Positions 19,027 to 30,619 of a stretch of DNA of 64,000 nucleotides are shown here, in pieces. The translations under genes were made by a program, and so were the position numbers. Numbering within the stretch: the first letter of the stretch is position 1; each line of letters starts with the position of its first letter. Under the pieces are notes generated by a model, which was not told the DNA's origin, did not search any database, and saw nothing but the letters and a program-made list of their open reading frames with translations. The DNA comes from Candidatus Latescibacterota bacterium (lineage in GTDB: Bacteria > Latescibacterota > UBA2968), in NCBI GenBank assembly GCA_965207885.1, contig OZ242311.1, forward strand, positions 2,112,001-2,176,000, written 5' to 3'.

Positions 19027-20400
19027 TCAGGGAAATTCGCGATAGATTTCGGGTTCTTCAAAGCGAAGATATTCTGCCTGAAAGATCAAAAAAACGCTGC
19101 CAATCGGCCCGCTGCGCTGCTTGCCCAATATGATCTCGGCTCTGCCTTCTTGCGTATTGCCCTCTTCATCTACAATGCCATATACTTCGGGGCGAAAGAG
19201 AAACATCACCACATCCGCGTCCTGTTCCAGCGAGCCGCTCTCGCGCAAATCAGCCAATTGCGGTCGTTTATCCGTGCGACTTTCCACAGCCCGCGACAAT
19301 TGCGCGCAGGCAACGATCGGAATATCGAGTTCTTTGGCGAGGGCCTTCAGGGACCGCGAGATATAGGCGATTTCCTGTTCGCGGCTGCCAAAATTTTCAG
19401 ATGAGGTCATCAGTTGTAGATAATCGACAATGATTAACTCAATATTGTATTCGGATTTTGCACGGCGCGCTTTGGCTCGCAGTTCCATGACGGAAATAGC
19501 AGGTGTGTCATCGATGTATATGGGGGCTTCAATGAGCTTTCCCGTCCACTCGGATAATCGTTGCCATTCCTCTTCTGATAGCCTGCCCGTTCGCAAACGG
19601 TGCGAACTCACGCGTGCTTCTGCACACAAAAGTCGCTGTGCGAGTTGCTCTGTTGACATTTCCAGAGAAAAATACAGCACGGGTGTACTGCCCTTCACGG
19701 CGGCATTGCGCGCCATGCACAATGTGAGTGCTGTCTTGCCCATCGATGGACGCGACGCGAGGATGATCATGTCCGAGGACTGCAAGCCCGCTGTGATCTC
19801 ATCCAGGTCCGTATAGCCCGTGGTCACGCCTGTCAGCGCGCCGGGCTGTTCGTGCGCGCGTTCAATCGCTACATAAGCCTCTTCAATGGCCGATGAAAGG
19901 GGCATGACGCCTTTGCCCAATTCGCCTTCGGCAATTTGAAAGACCCGTTGCTCTGCGCGGTCGATGAGTTCGCGCACATCCTCGGTTTCTTCATAGCTTT
20001 CGGTAAGCGTTTGAGTCGCTGCGTCAATCAACCGCCGCCTCTGCGCCTTTTCCAAAACGATCTGTGCGTGGTATTCGGCATTGGCTGCCGTCGCCATTTC
20101 ACTGGCCAGTTCGGCAATGAAAACTGCGCCGCCGACATCGTCGAGTTGTCCTCGTCGCACGAGTTCTGCGGTCAGTGTGACTTGATCGACGGGATCACCG
20201 CGCTCAGATAATTTTTGAATTGCCGCATAGACTTTTCGATGTGGCGTATGGTAAAAAGCCGTTTCATCCCCCAATACTTCCACTACGCGATTGATTGCCA
20301 TATTGTCAATTAACATGGCGCCCAGTACAGCGCGTTCGACTTCGAGTGCCTGGGGTAGCGCGCGTTCAGCCGTGTTCAATGTTGGATTTTGGGAGGCCAT
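19027..20400 (-). CDS. dnaB: Replicative DNA helicase
   Basis: SRPSMGKT, IVDYLQL, DLRESGSLEQDAD; no intein. Confidence 0.97.
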   Translation of the reverse strand: MASQNPTLNTAERALPQALEVERAVLGAMLIDNMAINRVVEVLGDETAFYHTPHRKVYAAIQKLSERGDPVDQVTLTAELVRRGQLDDVGGAVFIAELASEMATAANAEYHAQIVLEKAQRRRLIDAATQTLTESYEETEDVRELIDRAEQRVFQIAEGELGKGVMPLSSAIEEAYVAIERAHEQPGALTGVTTGYTDLDEITAGLQSSDMIILASRPSMGKTALTLCMARNAAVKGSTPVLYFSLEMSTEQLAQRLLCAEARVSSHRLRTGRLSEEEWQRLSEWTGKLIEAPIYIDDTPAISVMELRAKARRAKSEYNIELIIVDYLQLMTSSENFGSREQEIAYISRSLKALAKELDIPIVACAQLSRAVESRTDKRPQLADLRESGSLEQDADVVMFLFRPEVYGIVDEEGNTQEGRAEIILGKQRSGPIGSVFLIFQAEYLRFEEPEIYREFP

Positions 20401-21071
20401 CAGATTTTGGTTCCATCGTAAAGTTTGCGAACGAGTTTCAAGTCTTCCCAGGCAGGGCGCTTCCAGTGTGCATTTCGCAACAGGGCAGCAGGGTGATATG
20501 TGGGGACTAATTTCGCGCCCTGGTATTCAAAAATTTTCCCCCGCAAACGCCCCATAGACTCGGTGGTTTGCAACAGGGTTTGCACGGCAAAACGTCCCAA
20601 AGTACAGATTACAACCGGTGCAATCAGGTCAATTTGTTGTAGTAGATAAGGCTGACAGGCAGCAATTTCATCGGGTTTGGGGTCCCGGTTATTGGGGGGC
20701 CTGCATTTGATGATGTTGGCGATATAGACATCTTCGCGTGTCAAACCCATGGCTTCGATCATTCGCGTCAGCAATTGTCCGGCAGCCCCTACAAAAGGCA
20801 GACCTTGCCGGTCTTCTTCTGCACCGGGTGCTTCACCGATAAACATGAGGTCTGCATTAGTTTTCCCGCTTCCAAACACGACTGAGGTGCGCGTTTGTGC
20901 CAACCCGCATTTTTGACAGTTGCAAGCCTCTTGATCCAAAATAGTCAGGGGATCAGTGTCCGATTCTCGATCATCCATCCGCGCAATCGAGGCAGGTGCA
21001 TAAGCGATTTCCCGCGATAGAAAATCGCGTGCAAGCGCGAGGGTTTCCAACAGATCGGAGGATTCATCCAT
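20400..21071 (-). CDS. Uracil-DNA glycosylase family 4
   Basis: CQKC Fe-S motif, [24 protein letters not shown]. Confidence 0.93.
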   Translation of the reverse strand: MDESSDLLETLALARDFLSREIAYAPASIARMDDRESDTDPLTILDQEACNCQKCGLAQTRTSVVFGSGKTNADLMFIGEAPGAEEDRQGLPFVGAAGQLLTRMIEAMGLTREDVYIANIIKCRPPNNRDPKPDEIAACQPYLLQQIDLIAPVVICTLGRFAVQTLLQTTESMGRLRGKIFEYQGAKLVPTYHPAALLRNAHWKRPAWEDLKLVRKLYDGTKI

Positions 21072-22269
21072 GCCCGCTCTCCCAACGCGACACCAGCCAA
21101 TCCAAAATGCGGTCTGCCACATCGCGTTTGGACATTAGAGGCAATGCGGCAGGTTCTCGATGGGGTTCGATAAAAGTCACGACATTGGTATCGACGCCAA
21201 ACCCCGCACCTTCCACATTCAATTCGTTCAGCACAATCAGGTCAAGATTTTTCTCGTGGAGTTTTTTGTGGGCATTTTTCAGCGCGTGATCGGTTTCCAT
21301 CGCAAACCCGATTACGACTCGCTCCCCCTTGTTTTGTCCCAGAGGAATTAAAAAATCTTCGTTGGGCAGAAGGTGAAGCGAAAGACCGCCATCGCGTTTT
21401 TTGATTTTTGATTTGGACACGTGTTCGGGGCGAAAATCGAGCACCGCTGCGGTCATAATTAGCGCGTCGGCATGCTGATATGCGCGGACGGTCGCTGCTT
21501 TTAATTCGGCAACTGTGCGGATAGATTCGATTTGTACACCGGCGGGGACGGTGAGTTCTGTCGGCCCGCTGATCAACGCGACATCAGCCCCTCGGCGTCG
21601 CGCTTGTTCGGCAATGGCGAAGCCCATTTTACCCGTTGAGCGATTGGTGATAAAGCGCACGGGATCAAGGGGTTGTTCGGTTCTGCCCGCTGTCACTACA
21701 ATGCGCTTGCCGGCAAGCGATTGCGTCGCGCCCATCATACTACTGGCCTCATCCACAATCTCAGGGGGTTCGGCCATGCGCCCCATTCCCTCGGCACCCG
21801 AGGCGAGTGCTCCAGCTCCCGGCCCAACCATCCGATAGCCGTCTTTTTTTAAGAACTCGACATTTTGCCGCACAGCACCGCGTTCCCACATTTGGGTTTC
21901 CATTGCCGGGGCGAGTAGAACAGGTGCTTCTGCAGCCAACAACGCACAGGTCAAAAGGTCGTCGGCTAATCCATGGGCCAATTTTCCCATGCAATTTGCA
22001 GTTGCTGGCGCAACAATGATGAGATCGGCCCATTTGCCCAAATGTACGTGGATAACATCGGGGTCGCCGTCCGAAGGAAACAAATCCGTATAGACGCGAT
22101 GGTGCGAGAGTGCTTCAAAAGTGAGGGGCTGCACAAACTTCTGTGCAGCAGGTGTCATGACCACCCGAACCTCTGCGCCTGCATTCTGAAGAAGGCGCAA
22201 TAAGAATACGCTTTTATAGGCGGCAATTCCACCGCTAACGCCCAGAAGAATCCTCTTTCCCGTCAGCAT
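21064..22269 (-). CDS. coaBC: Bifunctional phosphopantothenoylcysteine decarboxylase/ligase
   Basis: [34 protein letters not shown]. Confidence 0.96.
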   Translation of the reverse strand: MLTGKRILLGVSGGIAAYKSVFLLRLLQNAGAEVRVVMTPAAQKFVQPLTFEALSHHRVYTDLFPSDGDPDVIHVHLGKWADLIIVAPATANCMGKLAHGLADDLLTCALLAAEAPVLLAPAMETQMWERGAVRQNVEFLKKDGYRMVGPGAGALASGAEGMGRMAEPPEIVDEASSMMGATQSLAGKRIVVTAGRTEQPLDPVRFITNRSTGKMGFAIAEQARRRGADVALISGPTELTVPAGVQIESIRTVAELKAATVRAYQHADALIMTAAVLDFRPEHVSKSKIKKRDGGLSLHLLPNEDFLIPLGQNKGERVVIGFAMETDHALKNAHKKLHEKNLDLIVLNELNVEGAGFGVDTNVVTFIEPHREPAALPLMSKRDVADRILDWLVSRWESGHG

Positions 22270-22462
22270 AGGTCACCTGAATTTTCTTTTCTACAATTCG
22301 GTCCAGTGCAATGGTTGTTATTTTTTCTTCGCCTTCGGGCACACCTGCAACCAGCCGGGCTTTATTCAACCGGCGAGCTTCTTTTGATGCCAGCAATACG
22401 GCTTTATAGGTATTCATGTCCTCTTCAACCGTTAATTCCTCAGTGAAAAATACATTCGACAT
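22235..22462 (-). CDS. rpoZ: RNA polymerase omega subunit
   Basis: NTYKAVLLASKEARRLN..KITTIAL; position between gmk and coaBC; AAGGAG RBS. Confidence 0.8.
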   Translation of the reverse strand: MSNVFFTEELTVEEDMNTYKAVLLASKEARRLNKARLVAGVPEGEEKITTIALDRIVEKKIQVTYADGKEDSSGR

Positions 22463-22539
22463 AACGCACTCCTTGTTAGAAATGGACTTTCGCACTGCAA
22501 TAACGGGCCGGAGATGGGCCGGGAGCATAGCACGAGTTT

Positions 22540-23193
22540 TTAGAGACTCAAGCGACGCAAACATATCCGCGGTGTGCGCTGGCGCTCTGCGCGAATAATA
22601 GCGAGCAAATCGGCGATAGCCTGTTCCAATTCGTCATTTACGACGACGTAATCGCTGTTTTTTGCGTGAACGAGTTCAGAAACGGCATTTTCCATACGCA
22701 ATCGAAAGTCCGAAGCACTTTCAGACTGCCGTGCATTGAGGCGCTTCGCAAGCACATCGAGAGATGGCGGCACGACAAATACGGTCACGCAGCGATCTCC
22801 CAAGACTTTTTTCCACGCGGCCACGCCTTGCACATCTACATCCATCAACATCACATGTCCACCGCACAGAGCTTCTGCAACCGCGTCGAATGTCGCGCCG
22901 TAAAGATGTCCATGTACTTCTGCAGATTCGATAAAATCGCCTCGCGTTTGCATGGATTCAAATTGTGCAACTGTCACAAAATGACGGGCAACACCCTGTA
23001 TTTCGTCATCGCGTGGTGGTCGCGTCGTTGTCGTCACACAGCGCCGGACGCTTGAATCTGCACGCAAAACCTCCTGGCACATCGACGTTTTTCCAACTCC
23101 CGATGGCCCGGCGACGACCACGGCAAATGCGGCGGGATTATTGCTCAACTTTTGCCGAATCCGTTCAATATCAGTTTCTTCTGATTTAATCAT
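22540..23193 (-). CDS. gmk: Guanylate kinase
   Basis: GPSGVGKT, TTRPPR, DVDVQG, YVVVND. Confidence 0.93.
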   Translation of the reverse strand: MIKSEETDIERIRQKLSNNPAAFAVVVAGPSGVGKTSMCQEVLRADSSVRRCVTTTTRPPRDDEIQGVARHFVTVAQFESMQTRGDFIESAEVHGHLYGATFDAVAEALCGGHVMLMDVDVQGVAAWKKVLGDRCVTVFVVPPSLDVLAKRLNARQSESASDFRLRMENAVSELVHAKNSDYVVVNDELEQAIADLLAIIRAERQRTPRICLRRLSL

Positions 23194-23202
23194 CCGCGAT
23201 TT

Positions 23203-24075
23203 TTACTCGATGTTTTGAACCTGTTCTTTGAGTTTTTCAATTTCTTCTTTGATATCCACGACCACATGGGCTATCGTCGCATCACCCGCTTTGGATCCCA
23301 TAGTATTGGCTTCCCTGAGCATTTCTTGCAGCAAAAAATTGAGACGCCGGCCAACCGCTTCACTGCGATCGAGCATCCCGAGAAACTGCGCGTTGTGACT
23401 GTGAAAACGCACACATTCTTCTGTTATGTCGCTGCGGTCAGCTAAGAGAGCAATTTCCATTAACAACCTGCTCTCATCAATTTGTTCAGGTGTTAATAAT
23501 TGCGCCAATTTTTCCTCTAACCGCGTTCGAACAGTTTCTACACGCTCGGGTGCGAGTGCTTCGACGCGCTGGAGAAATTCGTCGAGTACTGAAATGCGCG
23601 TGCGGAGATCACTGGCGAGTTTTTCACCTTCTGCCAGGCACATGGCCCGACAGGCGTCAATGGCTTGACAGAGTGCAACAGATACCACTTTCCAGAGGGC
23701 TTCAGAATCGAGTTCGGGAACTTCAAATGTGAATAATTGAGGCAATTGGGCAATTTGCATCAAATCGATATCGCCCGATATATCCGCGCGAATTTCCTCA
23801 ATCCCCTTGAGATATGCGGCTAGCACTTCGGGCTTGAGTACGGGAAGACCTTGCTCTGATGCAGCATTCTGCAAGGTGATACTTACATCGAGACGCCCTC
23901 TCGTAAAGACCGATAAAACGCGTTCTTTGATGCGAGACTCAAGTTCAGACAAAGAACGGGGCATGCGTACCATCACATCGCCATAGCGTCCATTGACCGA
24001 CCGCATTTCAACAATAACGCGGCCCACTTCCCCTTCTGCAACCCCCTTTCCAAAACCGGTCATGCTGGCGATCAT
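23203..24075 (-). CDS. yicC: YicC/YloC family endoribonuclease
   Basis: SMTGFG, SVNGRY, GRRLNFLLQEMLREANTMGSK, EQVQNIE. Confidence 0.93.
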   Translation of the reverse strand: MIASMTGFGKGVAEGEVGRVIVEMRSVNGRYGDVMVRMPRSLSELESRIKERVLSVFTRGRLDVSITLQNAASEQGLPVLKPEVLAAYLKGIEEIRADISGDIDLMQIAQLPQLFTFEVPELDSEALWKVVSVALCQAIDACRAMCLAEGEKLASDLRTRISVLDEFLQRVEALAPERVETVRTRLEEKLAQLLTPEQIDESRLLMEIALLADRSDITEECVRFHSHNAQFLGMLDRSEAVGRRLNFLLQEMLREANTMGSKAGDATIAHVVVDIKEEIEKLKEQVQNIE

Positions 24076-24130
24076 ACCCGCTCCCACCTGCTGGCAAATG
24101 TAGTAAAAATGTTTGGAATAATAGCCAAAA

Positions 24131-24159
24131 AAGATAGTCAATTTACATATTATTGTCAA
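24131..24159 (-). promoter_or_regulatory. Promoter of the yicC-gmk operon
   Basis: TTGACA-17 nt-TATCTT. Confidence 0.55.
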
Positions 24160-24260
24160 TCAAACTGCATAGAACTACGGATTTGAGGTTGTCAATCGCA
24201 TTTTCTCACATCTCGCAATTGGGGTTATCAGGTGGTGCGTTTATAGAATCAGGTCTTAGA

Positions 24261-24289
24261 TTGACTTGAACAGGGCAAGGCGGTATATT
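24261..24289 (+). promoter_or_regulatory. Promoter of the lepA operon
   Basis: TTGACT-17 nt-TATATT. Confidence 0.6.
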
Positions 24290-24379
24290 CTCATTTGCTT
24301 TATAGCTTTCATTGCGCTACTGAGACAGTCAGACGCGCTTTTCATATACGGCTTCCCGAACTTTTAAGAACACAAAAAC

Positions 24380-26179
24380 ATGAATCTCCAGAATATTCGA
24401 AATTTTTCCATTATCGCGCATATTGATCACGGTAAATCGACCCTGGCCGACCGGTTGCTCGAACAGACGCAAACTCTGAGCAAATTTCAGATGCAAGATC
24501 AGGTGCTCGATAGCATGGACCTCGAACGCGAGCGGGGTATTACCATCAAGTCGCACGCCATTCGCATGGATTATACGGCGCCAGATGGTCAGATCTACGA
24601 ACTCAATCTCATCGATACGCCGGGTCATGTCGATTTCTCTTATGAGGTCTCGCGCAGCCTTACCGCGTGTGAAGGGGCGTTGCTCCTCGTTGACGCGGCG
24701 CAGGGAGTTGAAGCCCAAACCGTTAGCAATGTCCTCCTCGCCATGGAGCACGACCTGTTCATCATTCCCGTGATTAACAAAATTGACCTGCCCGGTGCCG
24801 AGGTCGATCGCGTAGTGATGCAACTTCACGATTTGCTCGGTGTCGAAGAAGAAGAAATTGTCAAAATCAGTGCTAAAGAGGGCATTGGGATCGATAAACT
24901 CTTGGCTGCCATCATCGATGAGATACCGCCCCCTGAAGGGAATCCGGATGCACCGCTTAAGGCTCTCATTTTCGATTCCATCTTCGATCAATATCGAGGT
25001 GTCGTGGCTTATGTGCGCGTTTTTGATGGTGTTTTGAAAAAAAACATGCCCATTCGTCTCTTTTCAACCCACCAAAATTACGACGCCGAAGAAATTGGCA
25101 CTCTCAAACTCAAACGCATCAAACAACAAAACCTCAGTGCGGGCGAAGTCGGGTATCTCATCGCGGGTATCAAAGATCTTGAAGACGCTCGGGTTGGCGA
25201 TACCGTTACCGGCTCTGCTAATCCCGCCCCTCATCCCTTGCCCGGCTACCAGGAAGTCAAACCCATGGTCTTTGCCGGACTTTATCCCGTATCATCAGAT
25301 GACTTTGAAAACCTTCGCTCTGCGCTCGAAAAACTGCACCTTAACGATGCGTCATTGTCCTACGAACCCGAAACTTCTACAGCACTCGGTTTCGGGTTCC
25401 GATGTGGCTTTCTGGGCCTGCTTCACATGGAAATTGTCCAGGAGCGACTGGACCGCGAATTTGACATAGACATCATCACGACTGTGCCCAATGTCGAATA
25501 TCGCGTGCGTCTGACCAGTGGCGAGCAAATCGATGTGCAAAATCCCGCTGAGATGCCACCTGCGGGAAATATAGAAGATATTGCCGAACCCATACTCGAT
25601 GCTCAAATTTTGGTGCCCTCTGAATATGTGGGCAATATTATGCGTATTGCACAAGATCGTCGGGGTCATTATCGGACGACCGAATACATCGATCCCACCC
25701 GTGCCCTCTTGCGCTATGATCTGCCGTTATCCGAAATTGTTCTCGATTTCTACGACCGCCTCAAATCGGTCTCGCGCGGTTATGCATCGTTTGACTACGA
25801 ATACAAAAAACACCAGGCAGCGGATCTGGTCAAACTCGAGCTGCTCATCAATGGCGAACCCTTAGACGCACTCTCTGCAATTGTTCACCGCGATAAAGCC
25901 TATGAATGGGGGCGCGCATTGAGTCAAAAACTCAAAGCACTGATCCCGCGCCAGCTCTTTGAAGTCGTTATTCAAGCGGCAATCGGTGCCAAAGTGATCT
26001 CGCGCGAAACCGTGCGTCCCTTCCGCAAGAATGTTACTGCCAAATGTTATGGCGGCGATATTACCCGCAAGCGCAAACTCCTCGAGCGTCAAAAGGAGGG
26101 CAAAAAGCGCATGAAACAAGTCGGAGCAGTAGAAATTCCTCAAGAGGCGTTTCTCGCTGTTTTGCAGATGGAAGTGTGA
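24380..26179 (+). CDS. lepA: Translation elongation factor 4
   Basis: [35 protein letters not shown]. Confidence 0.98.
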   Translation: MNLQNIRNFSIIAHIDHGKSTLADRLLEQTQTLSKFQMQDQVLDSMDLERERGITIKSHAIRMDYTAPDGQIYELNLIDTPGHVDFSYEVSRSLTACEGALLLVDAAQGVEAQTVSNVLLAMEHDLFIIPVINKIDLPGAEVDRVVMQLHDLLGVEEEEIVKISAKEGIGIDKLLAAIIDEIPPPEGNPDAPLKALIFDSIFDQYRGVVAYVRVFDGVLKKNMPIRLFSTHQNYDAEEIGTLKLKRIKQQNLSAGEVGYLIAGIKDLEDARVGDTVTGSANPAPHPLPGYQEVKPMVFAGLYPVSSDDFENLRSALEKLHLNDASLSYEPETSTALGFGFRCGFLGLLHMEIVQERLDREFDIDIITTVPNVEYRVRLTSGEQIDVQNPAEMPPAGNIEDIAEPILDAQILVPSEYVGNIMRIAQDRRGHYRTTEYIDPTRALLRYDLPLSEIVLDFYDRLKSVSRGYASFDYEYKKHQAADLVKLELLINGEPLDALSAIVHRDKAYEWGRALSQKLKALIPRQLFEVVIQAAIGAKVISRETVRPFRKNVTAKCYGGDITRKRKLLERQKEGKKRMKQVGAVEIPQEAFLAVLQMEV

Positions 26180-26184
26180 GGAAA

Positions 26185-26874
26185 ATGCCCAAAAAAAAAT
26201 CCGTGACTATCGAATATATCAAAGCCATCTTACTCGCGTTTGCACTCGCGCTTTTTATTCGCATATTTATCGTGCAGGCATTTCGCATTCCTTCGGGATC
26301 GATGGAAAACACTTTGCTGGTCGGGGATTTTTTGCTGGCGAACAAATTTATTTATGGCGCTCGCATTCCCCTTATCGATATTCGCCTGCCAGCGTGGCGC
26401 TCGCCAGATCCCGGCGATATTGTCATTTTTCAGTATCCCAGAGATCCGTCCCGCGATTTTATCAAACGCATTGTTGCAGGTCCCGGGCAGAAAGTTGAAA
26501 TCAAAGATAAAATCCTTTATGTTGACGACAAGCGCGCGACTGATCCGTCCAAATCCAAATATATCGATTCTGTTATTCTCAAACGGAGGTCGGTAGCCAA
26601 TACGCGGGATAACTACGGACCTAAGATCGTGCCCGAAGACTGTTATTTTGTGATGGGCGATAACCGCGACAGCAGCGAAGACAGTCGATACTGGGGCTTT
26701 CTCAAGCGCGATCTCATTCGGGGGAAAGCATTTGTTCTTTACTGGTCCTGGGCACCAGATGATCGCGTTCCCGCATATAGCAATATAACGTCTCTGCTCA
26801 GTATTGCGTTCTATAATCTGTTCCATTTCCCAGAACGCGTGCGCTGGCAGCGCATTGGCATGCTCGTGGAGTGA
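26185..26874 (+). CDS. lepB: Signal peptidase I
   Basis: IPSGSMENTL, FIKR, MGDNRDSSEDSRYWG. Confidence 0.95.
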   Translation: MPKKKSVTIEYIKAILLAFALALFIRIFIVQAFRIPSGSMENTLLVGDFLLANKFIYGARIPLIDIRLPAWRSPDPGDIVIFQYPRDPSRDFIKRIVAGPGQKVEIKDKILYVDDKRATDPSKSKYIDSVILKRRSVANTRDNYGPKIVPEDCYFVMGDNRDSSEDSRYWGFLKRDLIRGKAFVLYWSWAPDDRVPAYSNITSLLSIAFYNLFHFPERVRWQRIGMLVE

Positions 26875-26880
26875 AACGTC

Positions 26881-27990
26881 ATGCACCTCGGCCTTTATAT
26901 TCATATCCCATTTTGTCACTCGCGTTGTCCATATTGCGATTTTGCATTTGTTGTGGGCAAAAACCACATGGCGAAACGCTATACGGATGCGGTGATTGTC
27001 GAGATGCAAAATCGCATGCAAACCCTCAGAACGCCGCCCGTGTTCAATACGCTATACTTTGGAGGAGGCACGCCTTCGGCAATACCGCCTGGACAGTTGA
27101 ATCGGATCACGACAAATGCGAAAAGCGCGGTCGCTCCCGATGCAGAGATTACGGCAGAGGCCAATCCAAATGATCGCAAGCACTTTGAAAAATTATATGA
27201 ACACGGCATCAACCGCTTGAGTCTGGGTGTGCAGGCATTTACAGACCGCGCACTCAAAGCACTCGGTCGATTTCACACGGCATCAGATGCGATAGTTGCG
27301 TTTCAAGCCGCCCGTGATGTGGGGTTTAAGAACATAAGTGTCGATCTTATGTACGGCGCGCCGGGACAGACGCCTGAAGAATGGGCAACGAGTATTCAGA
27401 GGGCCATTGAATTGTGTCCCGAACATATCTCGGTGTATGGACTCACGATTGAACCCCAGACTAATTTTGCGCGCCGCTTTCAAAAGGGGAAATTGGATGT
27501 GCCGCCTGAGACCGATCAGGCCGAGATGTATATGTATGCTATTGATCAACTCGAAGCTGCCGGGTACACACATTACGAAATTTCCAATTTTGCCCAACCG
27601 GGATTTGCGTCGCGTCACAATCTCAACTACTGGCATGATCGCCCCTATCTGGGCGTTGGTTTATCTGCACATTCATATCTCGACAATCGCCGATCCTGGA
27701 ATGTGCGCGGTATCACAACTTATATACAGCGCATTGAGGCAACCGGATATGCATTGGAAAGAGAAGAACAACTCACACCGACACAGCACATCATGGAACG
27801 CGTTATGCTTGGATTGCGCCAACGCAGGGGGCTTTGCGCAGATTTTTTGAGTCATCCAAAAATCCACAAACAGTACATCGCGATGGCAAATCAGCACTTG
27901 CTGGAACAAATTGATAACCGCATCCGCCTGACGCGACAGGGTCTCCTGTTCGCCGATCTGGTATGCACCGAACTCGTTAGAGAACTATAG
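26881..27990 (+). CDS. hemW: Radical SAM heme chaperone HemW
   Basis: YIHIPFCHSRCPYCDF, GGGTPS, YEISNFA, HNLNYW. Confidence 0.92.
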   Translation: MHLGLYIHIPFCHSRCPYCDFAFVVGKNHMAKRYTDAVIVEMQNRMQTLRTPPVFNTLYFGGGTPSAIPPGQLNRITTNAKSAVAPDAEITAEANPNDRKHFEKLYEHGINRLSLGVQAFTDRALKALGRFHTASDAIVAFQAARDVGFKNISVDLMYGAPGQTPEEWATSIQRAIELCPEHISVYGLTIEPQTNFARRFQKGKLDVPPETDQAEMYMYAIDQLEAAGYTHYEISNFAQPGFASRHNLNYWHDRPYLGVGLSAHSYLDNRRSWNVRGITTYIQRIEATGYALEREEQLTPTQHIMERVMLGLRQRRGLCADFLSHPKIHKQYIAMANQHLLEQIDNRIRLTRQGLLFADLVCTELVREL

Positions 27991-28890
27991 ATGGAATTTC
28001 GCATCCGCCTGCCCGGTTCCACTGCCAATCTCGGTCCCGGTTATGATGCACTGGGTATGGCGCTGTCCATTTACAATCAGGTCGCGGTAAAAATCCGTTC
28101 TCAACCGGGCGTGTCGTTTAGCATTGAGGGTGAAGGTACGGATATTTTGCCTGCCGATGAGGAGAATCTCCTCTATCGCGCCGCGCAATTCACCGCCCAA
28201 CGCGCGGGGAAAACACTGCCCGGGATCGATATCCACATGCACAACATTGTGCCCCTTGCCCGGGGATTGGGCAGCAGTTCAACGGCCATTGTTGGCGGTG
28301 TTGTTGCAGCCAATCACCTCTTATGCGAACCCTTTTCGCAGATGGAGATGCTCGATATTGCCACCGCTATTGAAGGCCATCCCGACAATGTCTCACCCTG
28401 CTTGCTCGGCGGCCTCACTGCTTCTACTATGGATGGCAACCGCGTTGCGTGCGTGCGCGCCCTGCCTCCGGAAGAATTGCGCGCCGTGGTCGCTATTCCC
28501 GAATTTGAACTCAAAACTCAAGACGCTCGCAATGTTTTGCCCAATACCATTTCCCACCGTGACGCTGTTTTCAGTACAAGCCGAGCCTGCATTGTTACGG
28601 CAGCGCTGATCACGGGAAATTTTGAGCATCTCGCCATCGGCATGCAAGACCGCTTGCATCATCCCTATCGGGCAAAACTCATTCCAGGCTTTGATCAGAT
28701 ACTCGCAGCAGCGGTCAAAGCAGGGGCATGGGGTGCTGCGCTTTCGGGTGCGGGACCGACCCTCGTCGCGCTTACTACCCAAAATGCCGACGCTATCGGA
28801 CAGGCTATGATTGATATTTGGGCGGCAAAAAACGTCCAGGCGCGTTATAGCATCCTCGAAATTGATCCATCGGGAGCCACCATCACATGA
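27991..28890 (+). CDS. thrB: Homoserine kinase
   Basis: STANLGPGYD, PLARGLGSSS, EGHPDN, SGAGPT. Confidence 0.95.
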   Translation: MEFRIRLPGSTANLGPGYDALGMALSIYNQVAVKIRSQPGVSFSIEGEGTDILPADEENLLYRAAQFTAQRAGKTLPGIDIHMHNIVPLARGLGSSSTAIVGGVVAANHLLCEPFSQMEMLDIATAIEGHPDNVSPCLLGGLTASTMDGNRVACVRALPPEELRAVVAIPEFELKTQDARNVLPNTISHRDAVFSTSRACIVTAALITGNFEHLAIGMQDRLHHPYRAKLIPGFDQILAAAVKAGAWGAALSGAGPTLVALTTQNADAIGQAMIDIWAAKNVQARYSILEIDPSGATIT

Positions 28891-30611
28891 TTATCTCTAT
28901 GGCATATCCGGGACGTTATATGCGTCTTTTTTATATTGTGCTCGTGAGTTTGCTCATTTTTGACTTTGCGTTTTACCCTTTTGCTGCACACGCGCAATCT
29001 CGTCGCACTGCACGTCAAACCGAGGAAAAATCCGAACGACCATCTCCCAGGCCCTTTACCACGTCTGTTCCCGAAGAAACAGAAAAAGAAGTTACACCAC
29101 CGGTTGAAATCAAAAGCATTGGCAAAGCCGCCTATGACGCGGTTATTCGGTCAGGTCGCTATATTGTCGGACCGGGAGATGTTTTTGCCGTAGTTATAAA
29201 TAGAAATGAAGAAATCGAAACCTTTGAAGTGCCCGTCGGCGCGAGCGGCAGTTTGCTTTTTCCGTCTGTTGGACCTGTTTCCGTTGCGTTTTTATCGCTT
29301 ACAGAAGCCAACCAGGCTATCCAGACCGCTATAACTAAACGCTTTCATCAACTCGATATCTCCATCAGCCTCGCGCGCCTTCGCACATTTCCCATCAACG
29401 TAGTTGGCGAAGTACACATGCCAGGAGCCGTTGATGTTGAAGGTGTCGAACAGGCATCGCAACTCATCACCAAAGCCGGGGGCCTCATTGATGATTTTAA
29501 CCGCAAAGGCTCCAGCCGCAATATCCAGATCATGCGTCTCGATGAAAATGGACAATGGCACAATACGGAACGCAGGATAGATCTCGAGCTATGGAACCGC
29601 ACTGGTAAGGCACAGTACAATCCCTTCTTACTCGATGGAGAACAAATTGTGGTGCCCGTTGCTCGCAGTGATTCCATTTATATCACAGGTGCAGTACAAT
29701 ACCCGGGTAGCTATGAATTTGCGCCCGGCGATCGCGTGTCCGATCTCATTGTTTTGGGGAATGGTTTGCGTGCCCATTCCCCTCCAAAGCGCGCCCATCT
29801 TTTGCGCTTGTCGGATGATGGTGAGTGGAGACCCATAGACATCGATCTCTCCCGTGTGCTTGCAGGTGATCCCGAGGCGAATCTCACTTTGCAGGCGGGT
29901 GATAAACTCTATGTTATTGGCGAAACAAAGTGGGTCTATGTCGAAGGCGAGGTAAAATTCCCCGGTTCTTTTCCTTTTAAAGAGGGGCTTCGCCTCAAAG
30001 AATTATTACAGCAGGCCGAACTCACACCCGAAGCATCCGTGGTTCAGGCGTCTCTTATTCGCAAGGTCAATTTCGAAGAACAGACCATCGAAGATGATCC
30101 CGCGCTCAACCGATTACTCGGTATCCCCCGCTCACAGCGCACCGATGCCGAAGAAGCCCTCATTACCCTCAAAACCCAGCAGCTTTCCGGGCGTTTGCCC
30201 ATTGATTTTGTAGCGCTCATGGCTGGCGACGAGCAGCACAATATCCTCCTGCAAGATGGCGATGTCGTTCGCATTCCGCGATTTGTACCTTCTGTGCGCG
30301 TGACAGGTGCTGTGATCGCACCGGCGAATATTCCTTATGACGCGGCACTTACGGTTGGCGGTTATATTGACCTCGCTGGCGGTTTTAACACGCGTGCAAA
30401 AGAAAAAGATATTATCATTGTTGAGGGCAATACGGGCAATGCTATAAACGCCACATCAGAATCAATCGTGCGTCCCGGCGATGCGATTGTGGTTCCCACG
30501 CGAGCAACCGTGCCTGGGCAGGGCTATCGCATCACGCGAGAAGTCATTGCAATGCTCGGTTCTATTGCATCGCTGGTCTTCACCATCGTTTTGATCAACC
30601 GCGAACTCTGA
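28887..30611 (+). CDS. SLBB-domain polysaccharide export protein (Wza/KpsD-like)
   Basis: YIVGPGD and repeated GEV..PG and L..GD SLBB units. Confidence 0.85.
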   Translation: MIISMAYPGRYMRLFYIVLVSLLIFDFAFYPFAAHAQSRRTARQTEEKSERPSPRPFTTSVPEETEKEVTPPVEIKSIGKAAYDAVIRSGRYIVGPGDVFAVVINRNEEIETFEVPVGASGSLLFPSVGPVSVAFLSLTEANQAIQTAITKRFHQLDISISLARLRTFPINVVGEVHMPGAVDVEGVEQASQLITKAGGLIDDFNRKGSSRNIQIMRLDENGQWHNTERRIDLELWNRTGKAQYNPFLLDGEQIVVPVARSDSIYITGAVQYPGSYEFAPGDRVSDLIVLGNGLRAHSPPKRAHLLRLSDDGEWRPIDIDLSRVLAGDPEANLTLQAGDKLYVIGETKWVYVEGEVKFPGSFPFKEGLRLKELLQQAELTPEASVVQASLIRKVNFEEQTIEDDPALNRLLGIPRSQRTDAEEALITLKTQQLSGRLPIDFVALMAGDEQHNILLQDGDVVRIPRFVPSVRVTGAVIAPANIPYDAALTVGGYIDLAGGFNTRAKEKDIIIVEGNTGNAINATSESIVRPGDAIVVPTRATVPGQGYRITREVIAMLGSIASLVFTIVLINREL

Positions 30612-30619
30612 CAATAAAT

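Noticed and set aside
19027-20400. Intein in DnaB
   Set aside because: Normal length (457 aa) with contiguous motifs.
24329-24991. Long antisense ORFs (also 802-1494, 18604-19404, 52449-53357, 57203-58216, 61047-61898)
   Set aside because: Shadow frames opposite well-supported genes.
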